Of a DNA stretch of 64,000 nucleotides, positions 45,787 to 54,216 are shown one piece after another. The stretch is from a virus (Duplodnaviria; Caudoviricetes), in IMG/VR virus record IMGVR_UViG_2540341244_000008, positions 528-64,527 of that record; one strand, given 5' to 3'. The position numbers and the translations under genes were made by a program. The notes below the pieces were generated by a model. The model had not been told where the DNA came from, ran no database searches, and worked only from the letters and a program-made list of their open reading frames with translations. Position 1 is the stretch's first letter; each line of letters begins with the position of its first letter.

Positions 45787-46559
45787 GACGCCGACCTCAT
45801 CTTCTCAACAGCCGCACGCTGCCCCTGTGCTTCTTCCACGGCCTGGTCCATTTGCTCCAATGCCCGGCGCAGATTGTCCCGGATGCGGCCCACGCCGCCG
45901 AAGGTGTCAACAACTCCGACGGTCAGAACAAATTTGATGGCGGCGGCGATCTCCTCGGTTGGCGTCCATCCTTTCATGTCGATGCCACACAAGTCCTTAA
46001 TTTCATTTGCCCGCTCTACCACGCGGTCGTATCGCTCCATCCTCCGAACAACCTCCCGATCCACCTCCTTCTTGTGCTGGTCCCTGATCTTGTCAGTCTC
46101 CACTATGACAGCTTTGCGGATGTCATCTTCGCCCACCTGCCCGGCACGGCGCAGGAGCGCAGCCATGAACGGCCGACCCGCCGGCATGGCTTCGCGCTTG
46201 GGAGCGGCAACTACCTGTTTGAGCTTTCCGGCCGGGTCCACCTCAAAAAGTCCCCAGGTGTCGGGTAGCTCAACCTTCGGGACTACTCCGGTTGGGGCCA
46301 CGATCCACCAGTGGTCGCAATACTGTGATACCGATTCGGCCTTGGCCGGGTTCTTGAGTTCGGCCCGCCAGTCGGAGCGAGAGACTTTTATCTCGAATCC
46401 ATGCAGGGCCAGGCCCCGAGACGGCCACAGGTTCATGGCCACGGCGTCGGCCCAGCGATGTTGATGCGCACCTGTACCGTCGCCGACCTCGAAGAAAAGC
46501 GCCCACTCGGGCGAGGTGAAACGTGCCCGCATGGCTGCCCGGATGTCTGCGCTGGTCAT
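45783..46559 (-). CDS. PD-(D/E)xK nuclease-fold protein (MmcB-like)
   Basis: FFEV, WADAVA, GFEIKVSRSDW, ELP.TWGL. Confidence 0.75.
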   Translation of the reverse strand: MTSADIRAAMRARFTSPEWALFFEVGDGTGAHQHRWADAVAMNLWPSRGLALHGFEIKVSRSDWRAELKNPAKAESVSQYCDHWWIVAPTGVVPKVELPDTWGLFEVDPAGKLKQVVAAPKREAMPAGRPFMAALLRRAGQVGEDDIRKAVIVETDKIRDQHKKEVDREVVRRMERYDRVVERANEIKDLCGIDMKGWTPTEEIAAAIKFVLTVGVVDTFGGVGRIRDNLRRALEQMDQAVEEAQGQRAAVEKMRSAS

Positions 46560-48520
46560 GACAGTGTCTCCATGGTCTCCACAGCCAGCGCCGCCGCAAC
46601 CGGAGCCACCCAAATGGGCGAGCTGCTCATCGAAAACCGCTCCCCAGACCAAGCCAGCAAAAGCGTCTCGCCCATCACCCCAGCAATGGCCTGGGCAGCG
46701 GGGGGAGGCACGGCATTGCCGATGCGTTCCCGCCAAGCCTGATCCGATAGCCCGTCAAGCTCCATGCGTTCCTCAGGGTCCACAAGGCCCTGCAGGGCGG
46801 CTAATTCCAAGGTCGTGAAAGGTCTGTGCCACGTCCCATCGAGGGCGCGGATCACTGCCACAAGGCGGTCGGCAGGGGAGGGCAGCGCCTCGGCCTCGCA
46901 AAAGACCGGGCGCGGATCGGCTACGGACCAATGCCCCCGGTCGTGTTTTGCGTGGCCGACAACGGCTGCGCTCGACGCTTCCCAGGCGGTGACGCCGTAA
47001 TGGCCGCCGCCAGTGTAGTCCTTTTTCCCTTCCGTCCAGACACGCGGATCAGCGACCGCATAAGCCCCCTGTCCCGTCGTGCTGCCTCCAATGACGGTCC
47101 CGGCCGGCTGGTCGTAGGCCACCACGGCGTATTTGCCGTAGACTTGGCCCTGTTGGCGGGGATCGGCCACCGAATACCGGCCGCCGCCCGGCGCGCTTTG
47201 TCCGGACACGGCCCCCACGGGCTCTGTCCAGGGCAGGACGCCATACTGGCCGTACTCGTGGCCCAGGGCGCATCGGGGATCGGCCACGGAGAAGCGGCCC
47301 GTTGTTGCCAGCCCCCGTGCCGTGATGGTGCCGGCTGGAGCGTCAAAGGGGAGAACGCCGAGCGTGTGACCCCTGACTTCGCGGGGGCCTCGGGGATCGG
47401 CAACGGCAAAGGTGCCATTGGTCGGGAGGCTCCGACCGGCTACGGTGTTGGCCGGAGCATCGAATGGGGTGACGCCGAGCGTGGCACGTCGGCCATTAAA
47501 CGCTCTCGGGTCCGCCACGGAATACCGGCCGCAGGTCGGTCCGGCGTTGCCGGTCACGGCTCCGGCCGTCGCTTCCCAGGGCAGGACGCCGAGAATGCCG
47601 TCCTGGTAGACTCGCGCCGGCATGATGCCGTAATCCGCCAACACCCCGTCCTGGACGCGCAGCTTCGACAGCGACCGCCAGTCGCTTCCCGCCTCGACAA
47701 ACGCCAGCCTCACCCACGTTTTCCACTGCAGCGCCGGCATCCGGTGCATGGGCCCGGCGATGGCCGCCCCGGGCAGGGGCATCCGGCCCAGGACGTCGCC
47801 CACAGCCCGCAACGGGCGGCGGCTGGGCTGATAGAGGAACGGGGGAACCTTTTCGCGGTGCCGGGCCACCAACAGGAACCGCTTGCGGCTTTGGGCCAGG
47901 CCGCCGAGTTCGCCGCAGTCGTGGGTCGTTTCAGCCACGGCGTAGCCGTAATGGCGCAGCAGCGCGCCGATCTGATCCAGGAGGTGACGGCCGCGGCTGG
48001 CGATGCGGGGGACGTTCTCGAAGAGGATGAGCTCGACGGGATCGTCGGCATAGGCCTCGAGGGCCAACCAGATGCCGCGCAGTGTCAGACGGTTGAGAGC
48101 TTGATACTTCCCAATCTTGGATTTCGACTCGGAGAGGAGCCCCGAGAAACCTTTGCAGGGGGCCGAGAGAAAAAGGATGTGTGGGTGCTCGTTTCCGGCA
48201 GCACGCCGGATATCGTCCGGGCCGGCCTCTCGCCAATCCGGCCCAGGTTCGCGGCCATGAAATTCACGGTATTGCTCCCGGTCCATGAGATCCATGGCCG
48301 TTCCAGGGACACCGGACAGGGTTTCAAAGTCCGCGATGGCCGCCGGCGACACGTCCACGCCGCCCAGGCACCGGAAGCGCGCGTGCATGTTACCCACAGA
48401 CGCCCGGCCGCGATTAAATCCCCGGGCACCGCCACCCAAGCCACAGAAGAGATGAAAGTGGCGGATTTCCCGGATTTCGTTAAGAGCCCCAGAACCCCGA
48501 AGGCAGTTGGCGAATATCAT
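46556..48520 (-). CDS. C5 DNA cytosine methyltransferase with tandem internal repeats
   Basis: FCGLGG (I), APCKGFS (IV), ENV (VI), QSRKRF (VIII), IGNAVPP (X). Confidence 0.92.
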   Translation of the reverse strand: MIFANCLRGSGALNEIREIRHFHLFCGLGGGARGFNRGRASVGNMHARFRCLGGVDVSPAAIADFETLSGVPGTAMDLMDREQYREFHGREPGPDWREAGPDDIRRAAGNEHPHILFLSAPCKGFSGLLSESKSKIGKYQALNRLTLRGIWLALEAYADDPVELILFENVPRIASRGRHLLDQIGALLRHYGYAVAETTHDCGELGGLAQSRKRFLLVARHREKVPPFLYQPSRRPLRAVGDVLGRMPLPGAAIAGPMHRMPALQWKTWVRLAFVEAGSDWRSLSKLRVQDGVLADYGIMPARVYQDGILGVLPWEATAGAVTGNAGPTCGRYSVADPRAFNGRRATLGVTPFDAPANTVAGRSLPTNGTFAVADPRGPREVRGHTLGVLPFDAPAGTITARGLATTGRFSVADPRCALGHEYGQYGVLPWTEPVGAVSGQSAPGGGRYSVADPRQQGQVYGKYAVVAYDQPAGTVIGGSTTGQGAYAVADPRVWTEGKKDYTGGGHYGVTAWEASSAAVVGHAKHDRGHWSVADPRPVFCEAEALPSPADRLVAVIRALDGTWHRPFTTLELAALQGLVDPEERMELDGLSDQAWRERIGNAVPPPAAQAIAGVMGETLLLAWSGERFSMSSSPIWVAPVAAALAVETMETLS

Positions 48521-48987
48521 TGGTTCCCTTCCTGCCATTTGCGCTCATACAGCGTGAGATCCTGGGCCACCTCTGCCACCAGCTTGTCAAAAGCGTCCCG
48601 CACGACTCGAGGATGTTCGCCGGACCGGCAAAGCTCATGAACCAGGGCCAAGGTAGGGAGATCGTCCAGACATTCATCTGCGACGGTCTTCTTGTCCGGT
48701 TCGGCCACCGGACAGGCGCTGACATGCTCCCCGATGCTTTCGGCGAGGTAGTTGACCATCTGCCGGACCTGATCCACGGACCCGATGTCACGAAGCTCCT
48801 CAAAGAGGTTGCGGAGACGGACAAGCGGGCTGTTCTCCGAGTCGGCCGTGAAATTTGGGTTCCGGCAGTAGCGGTTTGCCTGGGTCGTTCCAACGCCGAG
48901 AAGCTGCTGGAAGGCGGTTTGCCCGAGCGCCCGCTTTGAGCCAGCCATCATTTCCCAGGGATGGACCGGGGGTTTTTCGAAGTTCAT
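48517..48987 (-). CDS. CII-like phage regulatory protein
   Basis: Downstream of cro; HTH-like N-terminus, SPL.RL motif. Confidence 0.6.
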   Translation of the reverse strand: MNFEKPPVHPWEMMAGSKRALGQTAFQQLLGVGTTQANRYCRNPNFTADSENSPLVRLRNLFEELRDIGSVDQVRQMVNYLAESIGEHVSACPVAEPDKKTVADECLDDLPTLALVHELCRSGEHPRVVRDAFDKLVAEVAQDLTLYERKWQEGNQ

Positions 48988-49028
48988 CTGTCCCTCGCTA
49001 TTGATCTGGAGCCAAGTACCGTGGCCCC

Positions 49029-49244
49029 ATGCAAAACCTTGAAGTTTTCCCCCGCTGTGATCCCGAGACGCCCGGCCTGATGCTGGTGCTCATGCGCGTG
49101 ATCCAGGCCGATGCGATCCACTGGCGTACCATCAAGGCCACCTGCGGGACGCCCATGGCAGAGCTGCAGCGACAGGCCGAAAAGTGGGCGTTGGAGCGGT
49201 GGCCCGGGTCGATCCAGTACAGGTTGGCGTTGATGGAGAACTGA
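49029..49244 (+). CDS. Counter-oriented small protein
   Basis: TACCGT -10 ends 6 nt before ATG. Confidence 0.45.
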   Translation: MQNLEVFPRCDPETPGLMLVLMRVIQADAIHWRTIKATCGTPMAELQRQAEKWALERWPGSIQYRLALMEN

Positions 49245-49373
49245 CATGGCCCCAGGCCCTACCTACTGCCCAAATACGCCGCCAGGGCGCTGCTGATGAC
49301 GATGAAGAAACCTGTTGCGGCCCCGGCCGAAAGCCACCAGAGTCCACAGGACCAGAATTCACATTCTTCCACT

Positions 49374-49739
49374 ATGGACTCCTTGGAGGCAGGTATGGAA
49401 AGCGGGGTTTATGCGTTGATTGGTGCGGCAGTCGGTGGCGTGATTGGCCTTGTTGGGACCGTGTTCACGCTGCGATATGCGGACAAAAAGCATCTCCGCG
49501 AAACATGCTTCAAGGCGGGTATGGACTACTGGAAGACGAGCTACGAAATGGCGATGGCCCAAAAAAAAGGATGTCTCATGCTCCCGCCGGATAGTTTCAT
49601 CTTCTACATGATCCAGTTTTCTGAAATAATTGCAGAAGAAAAGAATCTTTCCGAAGAGGAAATCATCAAGCGCATCATCAAAGTTCGGAACAAGACGAAC
49701 GCATTGAACTTCGCCCACAAGTCCAGCAGTGGATTGTGA
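49374..49739 (+). CDS. Counter-oriented membrane protein
   Basis: N-terminal TM (ALIGAAVGGVIGLVG), lower GC; start uncertain. Confidence 0.6.
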   Translation: MDSLEAGMESGVYALIGAAVGGVIGLVGTVFTLRYADKKHLRETCFKAGMDYWKTSYEMAMAQKKGCLMLPPDSFIFYMIQFSEIIAEEKNLSEEEIIKRIIKVRNKTNALNFAHKSSSGL

Positions 49740-49753
49740 TGCCAGATTACGCA

Positions 49754-49849
49754 CTATCTCCGCCCCCGCATCGTCAGCAGGAGTCCGCCGACCGCCGCGA
49801 AGGACGCCAGTGAGACGGCCAGGAGGCACAGGGCGACGGGAAGGGTCAT
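49754..49849 (-). CDS. 31-aa hydrophobic peptide
   Basis: ATGA-coupled to cro; MTLPVALCLLAVSLASFAAVGGLLLTMRGRR. Confidence 0.45.
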   Translation of the reverse strand: MTLPVALCLLAVSLASFAAVGGLLLTMRGRR

Positions 49850-50046
49850 GCCGCGTCCTGGGGCTGGGAGGGGAGGCTAACCCCGCGCTGGTCGTATTCC
49901 CGGGGGAACATCCAGTAGAGACGGTGGATGCTGGTTTTTGCCTCAAGGGTCTTAGCAAGGGCCTTTGAAAACCCCCGTCCGCTCACGAAATAATGCGCGG
50001 CCCGTTTCGAGCATCCTGCCAGATTCATGACTTGCTGTGCATTCAT
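49846..50046 (-). CDS. cro: Cro-like repressor
   Basis: Small HTH protein divergent from cI. Confidence 0.75.
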   Translation of the reverse strand: MNAQQVMNLAGCSKRAAHYFVSGRGFSKALAKTLEAKTSIHRLYWMFPREYDQRGVSLPSQPQDAA

Positions 50047-50047
50047 A

Positions 50048-50141
50048 AGCACAGATTGTGCGCCAAACTCATGGCGCAGTCAAGGGTGAGTGCATTAAAA
50101 ATGCATGGACAAAAAAACGCCAGGAGTGCACAGAATGTTCA
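50048..50141. promoter_or_regulatory. OR-like operator region with PR
   Basis: TGCAy-N5-rTGCA-like sites at 50048, 50091, 50127; minus-strand TTGACT-17bp-CACAAT (50083-50055). Confidence 0.75.
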
Positions 50142-50827
50142 TGATACCGCGCCCGGCAACCAAAGAAGAAATCATGGAGTTGGTCGAAAAAGCCATCAAG
50201 AAGGCTGGCTCGGCCGACAAGCTTGTCGACATGACGGGATGGTCGTTAAGGGCTGTCAATTATTACAAAAAGGGCGAGCAAAGACCGTCGCCAGCTCGGA
50301 TTGAAAAGCTCCTAGAGATTTGCCAGGAAGCGGCCTGCCCCGATGCTGGCATTGAAAATGCCTCAGGGCCGGCGGTTGCCGAAAGCCCGGCCGGGTACAA
50401 TGAATACCTGGAGATTCCTCTTCATGAGGCGACGGGATCGATGGGCGGCGGATCAACGGAGTTTGGCGACAAAATCCAACAGCATCTAAGTTTTCGTCGC
50501 GATTGGCTGAGCAGTATTCATGCCCGTCCCGAGAATTTGTTCTGCATCTATGTCTACGGTGACTCCATGAGTCCGACGGTTACGGATGGCTCCGTGGTCC
50601 TGGTCGACAAAGGGCGGAAGGCGTTTGCCAGCAACAAGGTTTTTTACATCCGTCACGATAAGCAAATGTTTTTGAAGAGACTCATTGGGACGGAGAGAGA
50701 TTTGAAAATTGTGTCCGACAATGACCCTGCTCACCCAGTTGAAGTCAAGTCTGGTGGCGAGTTCGTGGACGGCGACGACTTCGAGATCATCGGTCGGGCG
50801 CTTTGGATGGGAAGGATGATTGATTAG
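50135..50827 (+). CDS. cI: CI repressor (HTH plus S24 peptidase)
   Basis: HTH; VYGDSMSP, FLKRL, IIGRALW; AGGAG RBS. Confidence 0.92.
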   Translation: MFMIPRPATKEEIMELVEKAIKKAGSADKLVDMTGWSLRAVNYYKKGEQRPSPARIEKLLEICQEAACPDAGIENASGPAVAESPAGYNEYLEIPLHEATGSMGGGSTEFGDKIQQHLSFRRDWLSSIHARPENLFCIYVYGDSMSPTVTDGSVVLVDKGRKAFASNKVFYIRHDKQMFLKRLIGTERDLKIVSDNDPAHPVEVKSGGEFVDGDDFEIIGRALWMGRMID

Positions 50828-50836
50828 GTGGTTCCA

Positions 50837-51289
50837 ATGTCAGAAACTATTTCTTCTCCTCCTGAACGCTTACTAAAAAAGAAGTGCCCTTGTGGAACTA
50901 TGCTGAAGATGTTTGCTATTGTTGGGCTTCCATATATGCCTGAATGGCTTACCGTTGAAATGCTTAAATTTTCTATCAAACAAGAAATACCTAGGTATTA
51001 TCCAGGTATCCAAGTACAAGCTATGCTTTGCGGAATTGCATTTACTGCGACATGCAATGAGTGCGGAGGAATAACAGCATGGGACTTGGGGTTGGAAGAA
51101 TTGGATTATCTTCTTAGTGACGACAAAGAACCAGGTTATGGGATAGCTTGGATTTATAATCCAACAAAGTTGAAAGAAGTCTACGACACTGATATGCTAA
51201 GAGTGTATGGGAAGAGGATTATAGATATCGCTCAAGTCATCGACGATCAAAGATTACAATCAGAAAGAGCTAGAAGTGAGAAAGAATAA
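50837..51289 (+). CDS. AT-rich Cys-containing hypothetical protein
   Basis: CPCG..CNEC; directly after cI. Confidence 0.65.
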   Translation: MSETISSPPERLLKKKCPCGTMLKMFAIVGLPYMPEWLTVEMLKFSIKQEIPRYYPGIQVQAMLCGIAFTATCNECGGITAWDLGLEELDYLLSDDKEPGYGIAWIYNPTKLKEVYDTDMLRVYGKRIIDIAQVIDDQRLQSERARSEKE

Positions 51290-51578
51290 TATTACACCAT
51301 TCCCTGGCAATAAAGGGGGTGGATCAGGATTTGACATTCCCTCTGGCGGTGATAATTTTGGGGGTATGGAAGCCAGAGTCGCCAAGCTCGAATCAGATGT
51401 CGGGAACATTAAGACAAATATTGAAGATATCAAAAAGGATATCCGAGAGTTTCGTACCGAAATTAAGGACGTCCGAAAAGATATGCAGCTAGATTTCCGC
51501 ATTCTTTTTGGGTCGTTGATATTTGCCGTTCTGGGATTGGCCGGCATGATGGCGAAGGGCTTCGGGTGGATCAAGTAA
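51276..51578 (+). CDS. Coiled-coil protein with C-terminal TM
   Basis: MEARVAKLESDV..IK heptads; LAGMMAKGFGWI. Confidence 0.7.
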   Translation: MRKNNITPFPGNKGGGSGFDIPSGGDNFGGMEARVAKLESDVGNIKTNIEDIKKDIREFRTEIKDVRKDMQLDFRILFGSLIFAVLGLAGMMAKGFGWIK

Positions 51579-51997
51579 TGCATGTCTACCTTGCCGGCCC
51601 CTTGTTCACCCACGCTGAACGCGCCTACCTTGCCGCCCTCCGCGACCGGCTGCGCCAAATTTCTGGCGTCTCTGTGACTTGGCCGGGCGATCTTTTTGAT
51701 GACGCTCACCTGACTTCCCTTGGGCCGGCTGCCCGGCGGCATATCTTTGAAGGCTGCCGCGATGCCATCCACGCCGCCACACAGGTTGTTGCCAACCTTG
51801 ACGGTCCCCAGGTGGACGACGGCACGGCCTGGGAGATCGGCTATGCCCATGCCCGAGGCCTGCCCGTTTGGGGCCTACGCACGGACTTCCGACAGGCTGG
51901 GGATACGCCTTATTCCCTGGCCAACGCCATGATCGAGTGCTCCTGCGCCCGCATATTCCGTTCCGCCGAAGACCTCTTGGCCGCCCTGGCCGAATAG
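51578..51997 (+). CDS. Nucleoside 2-deoxyribosyltransferase-family protein
   Basis: VYLAGPLF, DDGTAWEIGYA, RTDFR, NAMI. Confidence 0.9.
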   Translation: MHVYLAGPLFTHAERAYLAALRDRLRQISGVSVTWPGDLFDDAHLTSLGPAARRHIFEGCRDAIHAATQVVANLDGPQVDDGTAWEIGYAHARGLPVWGLRTDFRQAGDTPYSLANAMIECSCARIFRSAEDLLAALAE

Positions 51998-52020
51998 CCC
52001 AAACACCATAAGCCAAGCCC

Positions 52021-52044
52021 AAACCCGCCCCGGCGGGTTTTTTT
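52021..52044 (+). terminator. Terminator of the cI operon
   Basis: AAACCCGCC-CC-GGCGGGTTTTTTT. Confidence 0.85.
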
Positions 52045-52056
52045 GCGCCCTCTCTT

Positions 52057-52108
52057 TGCATCGATTATGCACTGATCTCTTGACCGTGTGCATTGTCTGT
52101 GCAATTAT
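52057..52108 (+). promoter_or_regulatory. OL-like operators and PL
   Basis: TGCATCGATTATGCA (52057), TGCATTGTCTGTGCA (52089); TTGACC-17bp-AATTAT. Confidence 0.75.
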
Positions 52109-52326
52109 GCACTCAACGAACGCCACCACGACCCAAACACTCCGCGCCCCCGGGCCGGCAAGTAGGGGCAGGGCGGCGGGACAGACCGGAACGCGACCAG
52201 ACGGACCCAAAGAGTAAGCCGCAAGCGCGCCAGGGTAGGGCACAGCCCACCAGGCGGCAGCGGGAAAGCACACCACCAGCGGGGCCAGGGAGCGGAATGG
52301 AAAGACGAGAAAACGCCTTTGCTGAC

Positions 52327-52338
52327 GATCTTTGACAA
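52327..52338 (+). promoter_or_regulatory. boxA-like antitermination signal
   Basis: GATCTTTGACAA versus consensus GCTCTTTAACAA, in the PL leader. Confidence 0.5.
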
Positions 52339-52454
52339 CTTGGCCCCTTACGCAGCGAGCAACCAACGCAACCGTTGGCAACGGCTAGCCAGGGGCATGA
52401 CGAGACGAAATTTCATCGGGGCCGTCTATGCGGCGGCCCCGGAAATCGTGGCCC

Positions 52455-52625
52455 CTTGGGATGGCCCAGGAGGCGAGAAAACCCTGAAGGTCCCGCAGAT
52501 ACGGATGCCCTTCGCCTGGGCAGAAGCGGACGGCCAAGGCTTAACGGCCTCGCCCCTAGATGGACGATGGGATTTTCCCTGGAACCCACCGGGGTGGCTC
52601 GGGTCCGTGCCCAGGCCATCCCAAG
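52455..52625 (+). ncRNA. Candidate multibranched RNA
   Basis: Perfect 12-bp closing helix CTTGGGATGGCC/GGCCATCCCAAG with nested helices. Confidence 0.45.
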
Positions 52626-52649
52626 AGGTCGCGAGAAAAGGAGGAGCCT

Positions 52650-52838
52650 ATGGAGGCGCAGAAATCCGCTGTGCTGCGGGTCTTGGACCTGATGGACGCT
52701 CGGGACCATGTGGAACGGGTGGCCATGGACGGCCGCGAGGCCCCGGCGACGATTCTTTATTACGGCAATGGGGGCGGAGCTGGCTTCGGCCCTGAATATT
52801 TCGGCCTCTCGCCACGTCCGACCGGGGTCGGGGTCTAG
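52650..52838 (+). CDS. Small hypothetical protein
   Basis: AAAGGAGGAG RBS. Confidence 0.6.
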   Translation: MEAQKSAVLRVLDLMDARDHVERVAMDGREAPATILYYGNGGGAGFGPEYFGLSPRPTGVGV

Positions 52839-52848
52839 ATCAAATTAT

Positions 52849-52925
52849 CGGGGCATGGCAAAGTCGGAACGCGCATTTGATGTGGGAACCGATTATCAGA
52901 GGTTTCAATCTTCTCGCTCCGACTA
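52849..52925 (+). pseudogene. Degenerate tRNA-Pro(UGG)-like element
   Basis: 77 nt; CGGGGC/GCTCCG acceptor stem, TGG anticodon at 52883, AGAGG-TTTCAAT-CTTCT T-arm, ends ACTA. Confidence 0.65.
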
Positions 52926-53010
52926 TATCGCTCTGTGACCCTCCTAACTCTAACCCGGGCGGCCTGTACCTCCCCATGCAGGCGGTCCGACCATTCCCCA
53001 GGAGGTAACC

Positions 53011-53481
53011 ATGTCCTTCGATGCCGCCATGGCTCGCATATTCTCCATCTCCGGCACCCGCACGCAGGTCGAACTGGCTGCACAGCTCGGCATCCGTCAG
53101 TCCAGCATATCCGACGCCAAACGACGCCAATCCATCCCCGACGCCTGGCTGATCACGCTTTACCGACTCAGGCAGGCCAATCCCGACTGGATTATGACCG
53201 GCGAGGGCATGCCGTACTTGGCCATGGATACGAGCCGGGGAACGGAAGGCATGGCCGCCGTGCCGATGACCGCAACCACGGGCCAGACTCAAGAACCAGC
53301 CAAAACCTTGGATGAACTTCTGGCGCCTGCCAGGGCCATGGCTGGGCCCGGGTCCAAGATCCTTATCGTACCTGCCGGGTCGAGGGTGACTGTGGACGTG
53401 CCCTTGGAAACTGATGCCAATGACAACCTTGGGCTCGCCGAGCTTCAGGCGGCGCAGGAGGGATATGACAGAGGACAATGA
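53011..53481 (+). CDS. Phage CI-type HTH regulator without peptidase domain
   Basis: TRTQVELAAQLGIRQSSISDAKRR.SIP..W, NPDWIMTGEG. Confidence 0.85.
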   Translation: MSFDAAMARIFSISGTRTQVELAAQLGIRQSSISDAKRRQSIPDAWLITLYRLRQANPDWIMTGEGMPYLAMDTSRGTEGMAAVPMTATTGQTQEPAKTLDELLAPARAMAGPGSKILIVPAGSRVTVDVPLETDANDNLGLAELQAAQEGYDRGQ

Positions 53482-53629
53482 CCCCACAATGCGCAGCATC
53501 ACCAGGGCCGGCCTGATCGTCGGCTTGGCCCTGGTAGTTGTGATGCTCGTTAAAGCGGTCCAGGCCCCTACCTTCTCCCAAAACCAGGACGCATGCGCCT
53601 ACGGTATGTGCAAAGTGGGGGAGCCATGA
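53465..53629 (+). CDS. Small membrane protein
   Basis: AGGAGG RBS, single TM. Confidence 0.55.
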   Translation: MTEDNDPTMRSITRAGLIVGLALVVVMLVKAVQAPTFSQNQDACAYGMCKVGEP

Positions 53630-53919
53630 GTACGTGCAAGCACTGTTGGGACTACCATGAAGGCTACTGCGGATGGCTGTCCGAGCAGGCGAGGGAGGGA
53701 GTGATTGCCGTGGGCGTGGAACTGCCCCAGGAATCCCTGGATCAAATCCGCGTCCCTGTGCCCGCCGATTTCGCCTGCTCCGAGATTCGCGACTGCAGCC
53801 CTGAAGCCCAGGCCGAGGCGCTCCACGATGCCGAGGTCAAAGAGCACAGAAGGGCGGTCACAGCCCCTCTAGCCATTGCCTCCACGCCCCCTCCCGCTTC
53901 CCTGCCTACCCACAAATAG
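53626..53919 (+). CDS. Cys-rich hypothetical protein
   Basis: ATGA coupling, CKHC..C. Confidence 0.55.
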   Translation: MSTCKHCWDYHEGYCGWLSEQAREGVIAVGVELPQESLDQIRVPVPADFACSEIRDCSPEAQAEALHDAEVKEHRRAVTAPLAIASTPPPASLPTHK

Positions 53920-53936
53920 CCCGCCAGGAGGTCCTC

Positions 53937-54140
53937 ATGCAGGCCCCCGGAACCCGTGAGCAACGCTACGGGGTCTCGCCGCTCGCCCAAGACAATGAGC
54001 GGCAACGTTACGAATTCTATCTGCTCGGACTGACCGGAAACCACGGCGAGGTGCGCCGGAGGCTGATCGAGGCCGAGGCCGCGGTGCGGCAGCGGATCCT
54101 GGCCAGGGTGCTGGCGGTTCGAATCCTCACGGTGCCGTGA
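53937..54140 (+). CDS. Small hypothetical protein
   Basis: AGGAGG RBS. Confidence 0.55.
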   Translation: MQAPGTREQRYGVSPLAQDNERQRYEFYLLGLTGNHGEVRRRLIEAEAAVRQRILARVLAVRILTVP

Positions 54141-54143
54141 CCG

Positions 54144-54216
54144 CCAAAAAGCAACCGGCCCGATGCTGGAACACCGGGCCGGCAAAAAGCAACTCCTGCG
54201 GGGAACAAAAACAAGC
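54144..54216 (-). ncRNA. Candidate small antisense RNA
   Basis: Minus-strand TTGACT-18bp-TAGGTT (54252-54223); 12-bp stem with UUCCAG loop then GCUUUUU. Confidence 0.55.
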
